Assembly (NCBI GenBank): GCA_038496445.1
Contig: JALMLS010000520.1
Location: forward strand, 186,001-250,000
DNA: 64,000 bases
DNA from: Trichosphaerium sp. ATCC 40318
Taxonomy: Eukaryota > Protista > Tubulinea
Direction: 5' to 3'
The notes under the pieces were generated by a model. That model worked only from the letters and a program-made list of their open reading frames with translations, searched no databases and was not told the origin of the DNA. Made by a program: the position numbers and the translations under genes. Below, one piece after another: positions 51,025 through 62,916 of this stretch. Each line of letters begins with the position of its first letter. Within the stretch, counting starts at the first letter, position 1.

Positions 51025-51616
51025 TTATTGGATTTCAGCCTCAAGTAGGTCCTTTACTATCTGTTTTTCGTCCTCATATAGTTCCGCACCAGCTGCTTTC
51101 ACAGCAATTGCCCATGATTGCGCCCAAACTTCACCAAAGAAGGCTGCCAAACGCTTTGAGTATCCATACGTTTGTGCCAGCGTGCCATTACCTTCATTTT
51201 CACGCCATGATTTCATGCCACAAGCGTGTGCAGCTCGCCAAACCTTGTACTGATTTAGTACCACGTGATAAATAAAAAACAGAATGTGATACTTTGACTA
51301 CTAAAAGAAAAGGAATGTCATACCTTCGGATTACCAAAAGTGTCGAAAGTCTTTTGTAGTGCTACCGAAGCAACAGTGAACAATAAACCGGTTTCAGTGG
51401 AACCAATCCTAACAGTTAAGTTAAAACCCAAAGTCTGACTGTGTAGAACAAACGTACGCGTTGATAAGTTTTGTCTTTGTTCTGAGGATTTAAAAAGTGA
51501 TTTATAGCCTGGTGTATTGGGTTACTGCAGATTGACAAACTTTTTATAGCCAAACTCGATATAGCTTTTATCTCTTTGTCAATGTCTCTTTCAGTAAGTT
51601 TTATTTCCAGTGTCAT
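51025..51616 (-). CDS. small hypothetical protein (3 exons)
   Basis: MTLEIKLTERDIDKEIK.../IGSTETGLLFTVASVALQKTFDTFGNPK/YKVWRAAHACGMKSW...EAEIQ* joined by GT-AG introns. Confidence 0.6.
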
Positions 51617-52608
51617 TGTCTTGTAGTTGCTGATTTTATGACTATTTTACAGTTCGTGAACAGGTTCACAGTTCCTGTAGGAAGGTTTCTTTTCAAGAAC
51701 CAAGCGCGCTTACATTGGATAGAAGCAGATAGTTTTTATTTGTATTTTCACTCGTCTTGTTTAGTTCCTGTCTGTTTTATACAAAGAAGTTAATGCCATA
51801 AGAAGGCACCTACCAATGGTTTAACAGGTTGGTCATGTGCTATTTTTGTTAGTTCCTTTCAAAATGAACTAAATTTCCAACCTACCAGCTGAATATTTGT
51901 TACAGTTTCAATAGACCGTGGGAGATGAGCGCAGTATTTTTACCTACAGTACGATCAAACCACAGTGTTCAATACGCTAACAACGAATTAAAAAGGTTTG
52001 ATGTAGTACAAAGGTATCGCATTACCGCCAAACACGGTATGAATACCTCAAACACTGTTTGCTGTATGTCTTACTCCAAAAAATCAACGTACGTGTATAA
52101 CTTACTAGCGCTACGCTAGCGCCTACCCCACGCTAACAAAAGCCCTCTCGCAACATCCAAACACCAAGGCACGTGTAGTAACGCTAAAATCTCCAATAAC
52201 ACCACCAGGTGCTGTAGGCTTTGTAAACGCCGCCGGCGGGTGTCAAATATCAAAATAAAAATTGTTGGTTTGTTAAATCACGTGTTGAATTGATTGGCCC
52301 AATAACGTGGGTTTGAAACGGTTGGATTCGCTGGACAGGCTTGAGGGTCATGTTTAAAAATGTGAGATAAATTAAATCTCTTTTTTCGTAAACTTTGCCT
52401 TCTACAAAACCACGTGTTTTGAGCCCTTGAACATTTTTTGGAAAAGCCTTGCTTACCCTTGGAAATTACCAGTTTTAACTCACCATGGCCTCCAAAGCCA
52501 ATTTTTTTTCCACTAAACTAATCGAAAGTTGTGTTTCGGATAACGAGAAGCTTGTTTTTTTTATTTTCGTTAAGTCGATTCAAAACCTAGTGTCCAAAAA
52601 CAACAACA

Positions 52609-54521
52609 ATGGAAAGCCTCAGGTTTCCAATTAATTTGCAAACAGCTTATGAATACTATCTCCAAAAGCATAATGATGATTTTCAACACGTAAAATCAAA
52701 AGAAACACCCATACAGCGTGATATGTTTGATGCTGACGTCATTTCTGCGATTAATACCGTTCTTGCCTCAGCAGAAGCAGAAATGAAGTCCAAGTTAGCC
52801 GCAGTACTCTCAAACTTTACTAAGGCGCTCCCTCGCTCTACTGACAAGCACAAAGACTCGGTCGCTTCAGAGCAAACTAAAAACGTCTTGCGAACAACGT
52901 ACGTGCCACTCTTACCCACAGAATAAGTTATGACATAGCCATGGCACCTGTATCAAGGCGTTCGAACCAGCAAAGTTCAGTTTTCGTTGAACATCATTTT
53001 GTGTTAAACTAACTTTTTTAGACCAACAGCAATTGGCACGTGTTTATTAGACCTCCCAGTAGAAACTATGTGCTTGATTCTACAATACACATCTACGGCA
53101 AGGTACAGTGCTGCACAGACATGTAAATCATTCGCAGATATTATACATCATGTAATTGGCTATGTCACTGCAAAAGTAAAGCCACATGATGCACTTGCTA
53201 TTCGTCACTACAAAGGTAGGTTGTAACATCTTATACAACATATTTGTAGATAATGATTTGTATATTTACCTTTCTTCTAGGTGTGATGACAAACACTTTG
53301 ATAACTGTTGATGCCATGTACAACAATACAACACATTGGTTTTCAGGATGTAAAAAACTTGCCTTTCTTTATAGTTTAAAAGAAGTTCAACATCTTTCTG
53401 GTATTCACAGTATCGATGTTTCACATACAAATATATCACATGAATCCATCAAAGGGCTTGCTGGTGTACATACAATTAATCTTAAACATACTCCAGCGAC
53501 AAATGAAAGCATTGCGTATCTAAAGGGTGTACATACTATTAATCTTACTTCCACCAAAGTTTCTGATGTAAATGCCCTTCAAGGCGTTCACACATTAGTC
53601 CTCCGTTGTACTTGGATAGACGATGAAGGTATAAAGGAACTAAAAGGTGTACATACAATTGATCTTAGCAATTGTAGCTTTATATCAGATAAAGGTTTGA
53701 AAGGCCTTGTAGGAGTACATACAATTAATCTTCATGGAACCAATGTGAAAAACCAAGGTCTGGCTTACCTAAAGGGTGTACATAGTATTAATGTTAGTAG
53801 CTGCTCAAGTATATCAGATCAAGGTATAAGGGAACTAAAAGGTGTACACACCATTGACCTCTTTGATACCTCAGTATCAGATAAAGGTGTCAAAGCACTT
53901 GCTGGCGTTCATACCATTAACTTGAGTGGCACTAAAATAACAGATATAGGCATTCAAAAGCTTAAAGGAGTTCATATCATCGACCTGGCTGAAACTAAAG
54001 TCACTGATGAAGGAATAAAAGCACTCAAAGGTGTTCATAATATTAACCTGAGTGGGACATCAGTAGCAGATGAAGGTGTGAAAGCGCTTGCTGGTGTTCA
54101 TACTATTTACCTTAGTGGTACTAAAGTAACAGACAAACGCATTCATGCACTCAAAGGTGTTCACACAATTGATCTTTCCAATACTAGTATAACAGGTAAA
54201 ACTCTATCTTCATTGGCTGGTGTTCACACCATTGATCTTTCAAAATGTCCCATTGTTAATGGTCTATCAGCGCTCAAAGGTGTTCATACAATTTACTTGC
54301 AATATACAGACATTACAGACAACGATCTAAAAGCTTTAGCTGGTGTTCATACAATTGATCTAACTGGCTGCATTTCTGTTACAGATAAAGGCGCTATGGC
54401 ACTTGCTGGCAGTCTGCGTAAGATTTCAATTGTTGAATCTAAAATAGGTTATTATACATTAGATAAACTTCCATGTGTAGCGCTTTTTGATGGCCTTGGT
54501 GGCTGGGATACGAGAGTGTAG
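52609..54521 (+). CDS. F-box + LRR (GVHTIDLS-type, about 16 repeats) protein
   Basis: Exon 1 helical domain, exon 2 LLDLPVETMCLILQY...AQTCKSFADIIHHVIGY (F-box), exon 3 with 21/23-aa LRRs TDEGIKALKGVHTIxL. Confidence 0.88.
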
Positions 54522-54771
54522 TTAGAATCAAGCCCTACTTTGAAGAGCCTTAATTATGCTGCTCAATAAAGTTGTCAAACTACGAATATTTTTTATTCTT
54601 TTGTAAAAATCAATGTGAATACCATTCTGTTGTTCGAATCTTTTACAAATAAATGGTTAAGCTTTTGTAGGTTGTTCTAGAGTTGATTCATGTGGCAGTA
54701 AACTAGCGTTGACTCAGACTTTTTACAATATGAGAAAACACGTGAGCCCAAATAACGGACCACAACAAATC

Positions 54772-56106
54772 ATGAGTTTTTCTTGTTTATTAGTAGAAAG
54801 CGCACTAGAATATTATCGTAAGCGCCACGCTGAACGGTTCGGTAAAGTAATGGCAATACAACCCCAAACAGTCATGGCAAAGGTAGAAAGTGTAATTTCG
54901 AAGTTAAATATGAGTATTGCATCACAGCTCGATCAAGTTCTTTCAAAACTCTCAGATTCAATTGGTTCTACTCAAGCTAGCCAGTTAACACCTTCATCTA
55001 ACGTTGAATATCACAAGCACAAAAGAAAAGAGATGTACATTAAAAAAAAAGAGTGTAACAGTAAACAACCAATGCCACGTGAAGAACTGAATATTATCAC
55101 TTTTCTCCCACCTGAAGTTATTTCAAATATTCTAGAGTACACAGATCAAAAAGGTAGATTTTCTGTTGCTCAATCGTGTCGCCTTATGGCTGATCTCATT
55201 CATCATGTTGTTGGATATAAACATGTTTATCTCAAGCAATACCAAGATATTTTAAAGATAAGACAGTACGAGGGTATTATGAAAAACACCGTTATTCAGA
55301 TGGATGTGTGGTATATGAATGATGATTCAACAGTATATTCGTTACTATCAGGGTGTTGTAAACTACAACTATCAAGATATAACAGACATATTCTTGACGG
55401 TGATCTGCAAGAAATAGCAAGTGCAAACCAAGTTAGCTTTATGGATCTTTCCGGGGGATCCAGAAGTCTTACAGATGAAGGTATTAAAGCACTTGCTGGT
55501 ATTCATACAATTAACCTGCGAGAGTGTAAGTTTGTGACAGACGAAGGTGTTAAAGCGCTTGCTGGAGTTCATACCATTGACCTTAGCCACTGTATTCAAG
55601 TTACTGACGAAGGCATTAAAGCACTTGCTGGAGTACATACCATAAATCTGAATGATAACTATATGTTGACCGATGAAGGTATAAAAGCTCTTGTGGGTGT
55701 ACATACAATTAATCTAAGGAACTGTGAAAATGTATCTGATGAAGGTATTAAGATGTTAAAAGGTGTACACGAAATTAGCCTCAATTATACTTCAGTCACT
55801 GATGAAGGTGTCAAAGCACTTGCTGGCGTTCATGCTATTGACCTTTCCAATACATTTGTTACGGATGAAGGCATTAAAGCGCTTGCAGGAGTACATACAA
55901 TCCATATTATTGGTTGTGACAACGTGACAGATAAAGGTATCACTTCATTGAACGGTGTTCATACTATTAGTATTGGCAGAAACGTGACAGATAAAGGTGT
56001 TGAAGCATTGGAACGAGTTCATACCATTTTCTTTTCTCATGAAAATACCAACATATCAGCATTGTGTATTGCCAGGCTAAAAAAAGCCTCAGTGAATGTG
56101 ATTTAG
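54772..56106 (+). CDS. F-box + LRR (about 9 repeats) protein, tandem paralog of 52609-54521
   Basis: ITFLPPEVISNILEY...AQSCRLMADLIHHVVGY; repeats VTDEGIKALAGVHTI; N-terminal ALEYYRKRH matches AYEYYLQKH of the paralog. Start could be 54730. Confidence 0.88.
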   Translation: MSFSCLLVESALEYYRKRHAERFGKVMAIQPQTVMAKVESVISKLNMSIASQLDQVLSKLSDSIGSTQASQLTPSSNVEYHKHKRKEMYIKKKECNSKQPMPREELNIITFLPPEVISNILEYTDQKGRFSVAQSCRLMADLIHHVVGYKHVYLKQYQDILKIRQYEGIMKNTVIQMDVWYMNDDSTVYSLLSGCCKLQLSRYNRHILDGDLQEIASANQVSFMDLSGGSRSLTDEGIKALAGIHTINLRECKFVTDEGVKALAGVHTIDLSHCIQVTDEGIKALAGVHTINLNDNYMLTDEGIKALVGVHTINLRNCENVSDEGIKMLKGVHEISLNYTSVTDEGVKALAGVHAIDLSNTFVTDEGIKALAGVHTIHIIGCDNVTDKGITSLNGVHTISIGRNVTDKGVEALERVHTIFFSHENTNISALCIARLKKASVNVI

Positions 56107-56367
56107 GTACTGGCCCAACACTGACAATAAACGTGTTATTCAAGAAATCACGTGTTTTGTTTTACAAAAAAGTCGTCTTGTTTGCAGTTCAACAAGATTG
56201 AGCTTATGAATGATGGTCACATTTCAACTAATACAAGTATTTGGCCTACAAAGTCGCTCAAAGTCTACAACACGTGGACAAGCAGCTTTACACCTCAGTC
56301 GGGAAATACTAGCGCCTGCTTGACACATTCAACATCCATTTGGAGCGTTGGAAGAGATTTTAGTAAA

Positions 56368-57597
56368 ATGGACGAACCAAATCTGTGGCAGCTTCCTACT
56401 GAAGTTACTGTTTTAATATTGGACAACCTACACTTCTCAGACCTATATGCGTTTAGTTCTGTGAGTTTACACGCTTTATCTGTATTTAACATTGTACAAA
56501 GCATTGTCGTACGTTAATACTACATAAGAAACACGTTAACCGCGTCTGACAGTAGTTTTAGGTTTCAAAGAAAGTGTATAAAAGAAAGATATTACCAGGG
56601 GTTCATTCTCGCGTTGTGGGCATGTGTGTGCTCTCAAAAGGCGAGGTATAAGCGCATACCTTTTTTAATGGATGAAAGACGTTAACGAGTCAAGTTTAGA
56701 TCGTCGTTGTTGATCATAATGCTCACAAAATAGGAATCATTAAAGATGATAGATACACAACCTTGATAGACAGAAACACAAAACATACAACAGACGTCTA
56801 CAATGATGGACCTTTTAAACAAGCGTGTGCGTATCGTTTTGTTCTGTTCTGTTTCACGTGGGTTTGGCTCACTTTTGTTATTTTGTTGTAGGCTTGTATT
56901 ACCCCACAGGCTGTGTGGTTGACTCTGATGATAATGTTATTATTAGTGATAGATCCCATCATACAATAAGAAAGCTTGACTTGAAAAATCGAATCATATC
57001 AACAATAGCAGGGAAGCCATGTACACAAGGAAGTATTGAACGCAGCTGCTTGAGGTTTGCTAGTATTTGCAAGGGCATAAATGATAGTATACTCATATGT
57101 GATCAAGTTAATGGTGCCATTAGAAGCATGAATGCTGAAGGCCAAATTAATACCGTAGCTGACATAAAAAGAGGTGATTTTGACTACACCAAGTTTCAGT
57201 CTTCTATTCCATATCCACGACGTATTGCTTTTTGTCCCCGAACTGGTGATATGTAAGTTAATATATGTATTTTCGCTTATGAAGTTATAGATACTTTGCA
57301 GTTGCCAAACTTGTTATAAAACTGAGTAATGGGAAGCAAACACTTATTTATAAACACAATTTACCAATATTTGGGATTGCTGTGGAAAGAACGGGTGATG
57401 TGTTGTTTGGATCTGGACGAGATAAGGGAGATAAGGCTAAACAAGATTGCATATTTAGAGTATACACAAGGATGAAAGGGTATCCAGTACTCCCTCTGAC
57501 CTTATCCAATCCAATAGAGAACGTTTCAGGGTTGTATTATTATGATGGTATTCTGTATGTTGGCGCAGGTGAAGAAGCCTGTACAATAAAGCTGTAG
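56368..57597 (+). CDS. F-box + NHL/beta-propeller repeat protein (multi-exon)
   Basis: MDEPNLWQLPTEVTVLILDNL (F-box); GLYYPTGCVVDSDDNVIISDRSHHTIRKLDL...ISTIAG (NHL). Confidence 0.82.
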
Positions 57598-58884
57598 AGT
57601 GGTTTGTACATGCGAAAGGATAAAAAATAAAGAACTTTATTGCGGTATTGGGTTTTGGTTCTACTTGCACTTGTATCTCTGATCTCACAGGTAAGTTGTT
57701 ATGTAAGTCTTCTGCCGTAAAGTATTTCATAGCACCTAACTGTAAACTCTGTACGCTTAGTTAATTCTTGCGGCGCTATCAAAACGATAGAAAATGGCGA
57801 CATCTTCAACACCAATAGTACAACCAGCTTGAAATTCGAATCACTAGTGCCACTGCTGGTTCCCATGCATACCTACTTACCATAGACAGGGTTGACAAAG
57901 CAAAGGTCCGTACATAGTCTGAGTTTTTTCTTTTTTTTTGTGATCGACAAGCTCTCTAATTGTTTTTGGTTGTTCAGGTTCAGACAACAAACCTACCACT
58001 CATAGGTAAGTCTTTTACCTGCTTCTGACCAGCTTGACTCACGTGGTAAAAAAATCCCGAGAAACAAATGGTGCGAGTTTCATTTTTAAACTATAAGCAG
58101 CATAGAGGATGTACGCTCAGATATTGACAACTCACCAATTTGCTTTTATTCTTTTGAACGTTAGTCCTAACATTTGTGTTGTAGCGCTCGCATTGGTTAT
58201 TAAATTACGTCTTGATAGATAAAAATAATAAGGTAAGATTTGCTAAAAAAACCTCAGGTTTATTTTCTACACGCAAAGAAGTCTAAGTTGTCATGATTTT
58301 ACCCTCTGTTTAACACAATTTTCCACAAAACGCTTCAAAATAACCAAATTATTTTTTCATGTACATGTGCGTTCGTGGAACGTGGCTACATGTAATAAAT
58401 CCAATAATATCTTTCGTCGTGGCCATTTTTTGCCTTTTTTAACTAGAAATGTGAAACGTCAAGGTCTTTTATGGCGATCACGTTTTTTTTTTGTTTTATG
58501 TAACTTTCTTTTGCGAACGTTGTATCCTTCCACAATTACAATTGGTGAATACAAAAAGTCAAATATCGCGTGACAATCTAAATACAACTAAAAACCGTTC
58601 GTAATTTTCAAAACGGACCATTGTTGCGAAAACTACACATTCTGACACTGTCTTTTTGATTTTTGAAAAAAAAACACGTGCATGTCATCTGGCGTTTGGT
58701 TTGTCAATACTTAAATTTACATTGTCGCTGCAGCATTTTTAGTGTAAAACAAAAGTAATAATCGACAAAAACCCACCTACCAACCAAAAAGACAGTGTCA
58801 GAATGTCGTTTGCAAATTACGGCTTCACAATACGATAGTTCTATTCTCAATAAATTCTTACTTTTCTTTTTCTTTAGAAAGGAA

Positions 58885-60516
58885 ATGTCTTCTTCTTCTT
58901 TGAGTTTACTTGATCTCCCACATGAAATTCAACAAGAAATCTGTACATTCAACATGGAAACTTTCACAAAATTTCATACTTTATCAAAGAACGCAGCAAT
59001 CAATACACATTTCGATGAATCTCTACAACGCAAGGGAAAATGGATCAGATGGTACAAAACAGGAAAAGTACAGTCCATTGAATATTCGAAAAACGGGCTA
59101 AACCAAGAATGGTATCAGAATGGTCAAATAAAAGAACAATGGAAGGTAGTTAATGGCAAAAGGCATGGTAATTCCAAAATGTGGTATGACAATGGACAAC
59201 TTGAAGCACAGTGCACGTTTGTTAAAGGCACGCAACTTTGTGAAACTAAAGAGTGGTATAAAAATGGGAACATTAATGCACAAAGTATGTGGGTTGATGG
59301 TAAACTAAGTGGTGATGTGAAAGTATGGTATGATAACAAACAACTTTCTTCGTGGGAGATTTATTTGGATGGTAAGAGAAACGGTGAAGCCAATTGGTGG
59401 TATGAAAATGGGCGACGTAATACACAAACAATGTGGGTTAACGACAAGCGAAACGGTGAAGCCAAGGAGTGGTATGAAAATGGACAACTTAAGGCACAAT
59501 CCATGTGGGTTGATGACAGACAACATGGTCAATGCAAAGTATGGCATGAAAATGGACGAATTAAGTCACAAGCCATGTGGGTGGATGGCAAGTTACATGG
59601 TGAATCTAAGCAATGGTATGAAAATGGACAACTTAAGGCACAAGCCACGATGGATGACAAACAATGTGGTGAATCTAAGCAATGGTATGAAAATGGACAA
59701 CTTCAGGCACAAGCCATGTGGGTTGATGGTAAACAACATGGTCAACATAAAGACTGGTATGTAAACGGACAACTTAAGTCACAAGCCATGTGGATTGATG
59801 ACAAGAGACAAGGCGAAGTTAAGGGATGGTATGAAAATGGACAAGTTCAGGGACAAGTGATGATGGCTGAAAACAAACGACATGGTGAATGCAAATTATG
59901 GTATAAAAACGGAAAACTCCAGCAAACAAGCATGTGGATAGATGGCAAGAAACACGGTGAAATCAACGAGTGGTATGAAAACGGACAACTTAAGGAACAA
60001 GCAAATATGGTTTACAATAAACGGAATGGAGAATTCAAAAGCTGGTACGACAATGGAAAACTGAAGATACACAGCTTGTGGGTTGATGGTAAACAAAACG
60101 GAGTTACCAAAGAGTGGTATGGAACTGGTCAACTATTTCGACAAAGCACATGGGTAGATAATAAGAAACATGGCGAAACCCATGAGTGGTATAAAAATGG
60201 CCAACTTATGACCCAAAGCATGTGGACTGATGGGAAATTATATGGTACAATGAAACAGTGGAGTGAAGATGGAAAACCAACGGAAGAAGACGATAAACAA
60301 ATCAAGAGATGGTTTAGTAGTCGAAAAACCAAGAAACAAAATCGCTTTGGTATTACCTACAACAAAAACAAGAAAAGAAGCAGCAGTTTAATGATAAGAT
60401 CATTCAACACAATATTGTTCCCTTTCCATATCTTACGTCGTTTTGTGTGGGCATGGTTGAGGTACTTTTCAAGTGCATTTTATTCGTCAATGATGTTTTG
60501 GTCAAAAAAGAAATAA
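58885..60516 (+). CDS. F-box-like + MORN-variant repeat protein (about 18 x 24 aa)
   Basis: SLLDLPHEIQQEIC then WYENGQLKAQxMWVDGKxHGExK repeats; basic/hydrophobic C-terminus. Confidence 0.88.
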   Translation: MSSSSLSLLDLPHEIQQEICTFNMETFTKFHTLSKNAAINTHFDESLQRKGKWIRWYKTGKVQSIEYSKNGLNQEWYQNGQIKEQWKVVNGKRHGNSKMWYDNGQLEAQCTFVKGTQLCETKEWYKNGNINAQSMWVDGKLSGDVKVWYDNKQLSSWEIYLDGKRNGEANWWYENGRRNTQTMWVNDKRNGEAKEWYENGQLKAQSMWVDDRQHGQCKVWHENGRIKSQAMWVDGKLHGESKQWYENGQLKAQATMDDKQCGESKQWYENGQLQAQAMWVDGKQHGQHKDWYVNGQLKSQAMWIDDKRQGEVKGWYENGQVQGQVMMAENKRHGECKLWYKNGKLQQTSMWIDGKKHGEINEWYENGQLKEQANMVYNKRNGEFKSWYDNGKLKIHSLWVDGKQNGVTKEWYGTGQLFRQSTWVDNKKHGETHEWYKNGQLMTQSMWTDGKLYGTMKQWSEDGKPTEEDDKQIKRWFSSRKTKKQNRFGITYNKNKKRSSSLMIRSFNTILFPFHILRRFVWAWLRYFSSAFYSSMMFWSKKK

Positions 60517-61894
60517 CAGATAATCGCAAGGTGTAGTTAAAAAAACAATAAACAAAAAAATCATTTCATTCAAGAATTTATATTATTGTTGAAGTCGTCT
60601 TTCTACCATTACTGATGTGAAAATGAAGCATGTGGATGTCGTGTATATGCACAAAACCTAAACGTTATAGCTAATGAAATTGAACAGACTGGATCGCTAT
60701 TGTAAAACCTCAAGGATCCTCAATAGTACAGCCGCAAATTTGTTTCATGTTGAAAAAATGTTTTTTTTTGCATGCTTGTTTGGGGAACTGAAAAGAAGAA
60801 TGAAAGACAATGTTTTACTCCAAACCTAGACATTTTATCCAATACCCACTGCAAAAAGTAGTAAAGGCAGTTTACTGCTTTGCTTTTGGACCGTTTTTAT
60901 CTCAACTCTTACCCAGACCGATATTTTTGTAGCTATCACGTGATGGAACGATGAAACGGCAAAACTACCCTAACAGCGTAGCCCGATTACATGGTACCTT
61001 GGTTTAGTGGCTCACTTAGTATAACTTTGACATTCCATGACGTTCTCTTATTACTTTTTATTGCGTTTGTTGGAGGTGTAAACTATTTTTCCGAAGAATT
61101 GTTTTGATTTAGCCGAAATGGTAGTTTTTTCGCAATTTCTGTCGGGTACTATGAAATACCGCTAACTGCACTTATATGGAGCATAATTTTAAAAATACAT
61201 TAGAAGTAAGTGATTTGTTGGCAGTAGTATGTGATTCCGTGTCAGCTCGTGTTTTAGTGTTTCTCCTTCACAGAAAACCCAATTATTCTGTGTTGTTATT
61301 AAAACAACTATCTAGACTGCCTGCATCGTTTGATAGTTCACATACAAGTATGTTTTGGGCGTTGTCGGATAGAAGTAGCGGCATATTGATTCACAATGGT
61401 GCTATTTATTACGACTTAAAACTGTTCATTGTAAACAAAGCACTTGATATAAAACACAAATGGAACGTTATAGAAAATTTGTAGCTAGAGAAAACAAGGT
61501 TATTAACAAACAAAGAGCAAATCACGTGATATTGTATTTTCATAATACACAGATGCCTGCTACGCCTTTATGTTCTATAAAGAAGAAGCCATTCAAGAGA
61601 AGGTATCAGCTAGAACAAGGATTTTCAATGTACAGACAAAACGCTGTAGCGTGTGAATATAAGTTTCCGGCAGCTTTTTGCTTTGGTGACGACATCGAAA
61701 AAGTTAAACCGATCGTCACGTGTAACAAAAAGATAATACCGAGACTACGAAAAAAGAAGATAATAATACAACAACAGTGTGCAAATCAAATGAAATTGAA
61801 CTACATACTAAACTAAACTGAACAAAAAATACCTTGTAATAAATAATAAATAATATGTACCATAACTAATAAATCCAAGTAAAACATCATCCTT

Positions 61895-61969
61895 GACACC
61901 TTTCAGCGCTTTGGTGCTTTCATTTGAAATACTCCTATAAACAGAAACATCAATCGCATGAACACCAGC
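61895..61969 (-). pseudogene. isolated remnant of a GVHxIDxS LRR unit
   Basis: AGVHAIDVSVYRSISNESTKALKGV matches the LRRs at 53.4-56.0 kb; flanks are unrelated. Confidence 0.6.
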
Positions 61970-62058
61970 AAACATGACAAGAACGATGTAGTATAAACCA
62001 AAAAAAAAAAAACAAAGACGATTTCTAAAACAAGAGGATTCTTTATTGAGATAACGGT

Positions 62059-62916
62059 TTAGATCCACACTTTGAAATCATCAAAGAAAGCAGTATCGGT
62101 TGTAGGAGACCACCATCTGCTATCACTTGCACTTCCTCCTCTGTACGTGTTAAAGATCAAGTTGTTAATCTTCACATTTGATTTTCCAGATTTTCTGTAA
62201 AGAATGTTCCTCCTCTCCAATTCAAGTCTTCCGTTGACATACATTTTCAAAATACCGTTTCTACTTCCCGGTGTGTTGAGCTTTATGTATTGTTTGATCG
62301 TGTACCATTTGTTCTTTTCTAGTCCTCTCATAATCTCGATCTCAACACCACACTTGTTGATATCGCGATCAGGGAAATAAGTGTAAGCAACAAGCCTGAC
62401 AGGTTTACCAGCACCGGATTGCCTCCACATTAATCGAACAGAGAAGCCGTTGTCAATGTTGTTTCTATTCTTCGTACATCCAGAAGGAATAGCACCATTA
62501 CCACTTAGAGCAGAGCCGCCCAATCCAGGTAGCTTTCCACCGTACGCCCATACAAAGCCTGAGTCGAATTTAACTTTGTATTCAAGTGTTGCTTCTGTGA
62601 CATCGCTAAATTGTTTGTCGAACAAGAATCCGCCGTTGTGACCTCCTGCTGAATTTTTGAGGTACTGAGTGCGTATCTGTTTGTTGATGATAGCAGTTTG
62701 ATGAGGCCACGTGACACCGTTTCCGTCTAAGCCCCTGATTGCGCCAGAAGTTCTCGCTCTGATTGGACCGAAATCATTTGTTGCTTTTTGGATAGTGTAT
62801 CGGTAGTTACGAGTGTGGTGGTTGAAATCTTCGTTTATTACAAGACTTGCGGCGTAAGATAAAGCGAAGAGCGTTAACGCTATCGATAAGAGTTGGGAAA
62901 AGCGTATAGCTTTCAT
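62059..62916 (-). CDS. secreted polysaccharide lyase family 14 (alginate/glucuronan lyase-like), intronless
   Basis: Signal peptide MKAIRFSQLLSIALTLFALSYAA; PL14 motifs TLEYKVKFDSGFVWAYGGKLPGL, GFSVRLMWR, WYTIKQYIKLNTPG...NGILKMYVNG, FNTYRGG. Confidence 0.88.
   Translation of the reverse strand: MKAIRFSQLLSIALTLFALSYAASLVINEDFNHHTRNYRYTIQKATNDFGPIRARTSGAIRGLDGNGVTWPHQTAIINKQIRTQYLKNSAGGHNGGFLFDKQFSDVTEATLEYKVKFDSGFVWAYGGKLPGLGGSALSGNGAIPSGCTKNRNNIDNGFSVRLMWRQSGAGKPVRLVAYTYFPDRDINKCGVEIEIMRGLEKNKWYTIKQYIKLNTPGSRNGILKMYVNGRLELERRNILYRKSGKSNVKINNLIFNTYRGGSASDSRWWSPTTDTAFFDDFKVWI

Noticed and set aside
57790-58010. Small gene or upstream exons of the MORN gene
   Set aside because: Exon-like segments exist, but the ATG frame stops early and no consistent model could be built.
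58910-60332. Overlapping alternative-frame and antisense ORFs in the MORN gene (also at 55372-55704 and 3905-4191)
   Set aside because: Shadows of repetitive or GC-rich coding sequence.
61176-61816. Two overlapping ORFs as a real gene
   Set aside because: No recognisable domain; may be a decayed gene but cannot be supported.
52609-62916. Intact endogenous giant virus or provirus
   Set aside because: No capsid, polymerase, packaging ATPase or integrase; several genes carry host-type introns.
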